32,000 nt of DNA, taken from positions 93,206 through 125,205 of the forward strand of contig CAXXDC010000001.1 in the NCBI GenBank assembly GCA_963662695.2, given 5' to 3'. A model generated the notes under the pieces. That model searched no databases and was not told the DNA's origin. It saw only the letters and a list, made by a program, of their open reading frames with translations. This document shows, in pieces, positions 31,276 through 32,000 of this stretch. Each line of letters starts with the position of its first letter. Position 1 is the first letter of the stretch. This DNA comes from Clostridia bacterium (lineage in GTDB: Bacteria; Bacillota; Clostridia; SK-Y3). The position numbers and the translations under genes were made by a program.

Positions 31276-32000
31276 ATGAGTAGAAGAGTTGTTGTTACTG
31301 GTATTGGTGTTGTAGCACCAAATGGAATTGGAGAAGATAACTTTTGGAATGGAATAAAAGAAGGTAAATGTGCAGTAGATACTGTCACTAGATTTGATAT
31401 AACGGATTACCCTTGCAAAATTGCAGCTGAGATTAAAGATTTTAATATTTCAGATTATGTTGATAGAAAAGAAGCAAGAAGAATGGATCGTTATACACAT
31501 TATGCAATGGCTGCATCGAAAATGGCTATGGAAAGTGCAAATATCAAACCTGAAAAACTTGATCATGAAAAAGTGGGTGTTATTCTTGGTTCTGGTATTG
31601 GTGGTGTAGAAACGATAGAAGAACAACACAATAAATTGTTATCAAAAGGGCCAGGAAGAGTAAGTCCATTCTTTATTCCAATGATGTTATCTAATATGGC
31701 AGCTGGACAAGTGGCAATTATGACTGGAGCAAAAGGAAAAAATTTAACTGTTGTATCTGCTTGTGCATCAGCAACAAATGCTGTAGGCGATGCTTTTAGA
31801 GCGATTACTAGTGGAGATGCAGATGTAATGATTACTGGTGGTTCAGAAGCAGCGATATCGCCATTAGCTTTTGCAGGTTTCTGTTCTATGAAAGCGATGT
31901 CAACTAGAAATGATGATCCAAAGACAGCATCTAGACCGTTTGACGCTGAGCGAGATGGTTTTATTATGGGCGAGGGCTCAGGTATTTTAGTACTAGAAGA
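31276..32000 (+). CDS. fabF: 3-oxoacyl-ACP synthase II (FabF), 3'-partial
   Basis: My own translation from ATG 31276 (GAGGGGGAAAG RBS) reads MSRRVVVTGIGVVAPNGIGEDNFW...RRMDRYTHYAM...LTVVSACASATNAVGDA (active-site Cys)...RPFDAERDGFIMGEGSG. The frame is open to the window end, so it is absent from the stop-delimited ORF track. Confidence 0.93.
   Translation, partial: MSRRVVVTGIGVVAPNGIGEDNFWNGIKEGKCAVDTVTRFDITDYPCKIAAEIKDFNISDYVDRKEARRMDRYTHYAMAASKMAMESANIKPEKLDHEKVGVILGSGIGGVETIEEQHNKLLSKGPGRVSPFFIPMMLSNMAAGQVAIMTGAKGKNLTVVSACASATNAVGDAFRAITSGDADVMITGGSEAAISPLAFAGFCSMKAMSTRNDDPKTASRPFDAERDGFIMGEGSGILVLE

Noticed and set aside
31421-31609. A 62-aa plus-strand ORF from the track.
   Set aside because: It is out of frame inside fabF. 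The fabF frame starting at ATG 31276 gives a canonical KAS II sequence.

Overview
AT-rich, Gram-positive (Firmicutes, Clostridia-like) chromosomal core region. Supporting signs are a class-A RNase P RNA, an alpha/beta SASP, FapR and FabK. Coding density is high and nearly every ORF has a clear housekeeping assignment. Gene order: dnaG (5' partial), sigA, tRNA(CAU), trmK, yqfO/Nif3, rnpB, GT4 glycolipid-type glycosyltransferase, secreted 2x PG-binding protein, SASP(-), DUF2225(-), nifZ/iscS-like cysteine desulfurase, thiI, pspC-domain miniprotein, ldh(-), cinA, recA, recX, rimO, pgsA, then [AraC(-), GH3, GH2, frameshifted AraC], then fapR-plsX-fabH-fabK-fabD-fabG-acpP-fabF (3' partial). I found no transposase, integrase, phage gene, CRISPR array, toxin-antitoxin pair or recognisable defence module, and no block of unexplained ORFs. 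I therefore cannot support a claim that a new multi-gene system is present. The only accessory-looking segment is a ~7.6 kb cytoplasmic glycosidase island (17855-25493) between pgsA and the fap regulon. Its second AraC regulator is split by a +1 frame change inside a homopolymer-rich 71-nt stretch. Its LacZ-like GH2 seems to lack two canonical LacZ active-site residues. Its divergent promoter region carries an exact 11-bp direct repeat. Other items are expected regulatory sites (LexA box at recA, FapR box at fapR) and a few poorly characterised proteins (DUF2225, C-terminal domain of the PG-binding protein). All homology calls are by-eye motif recognition, with no database search run.
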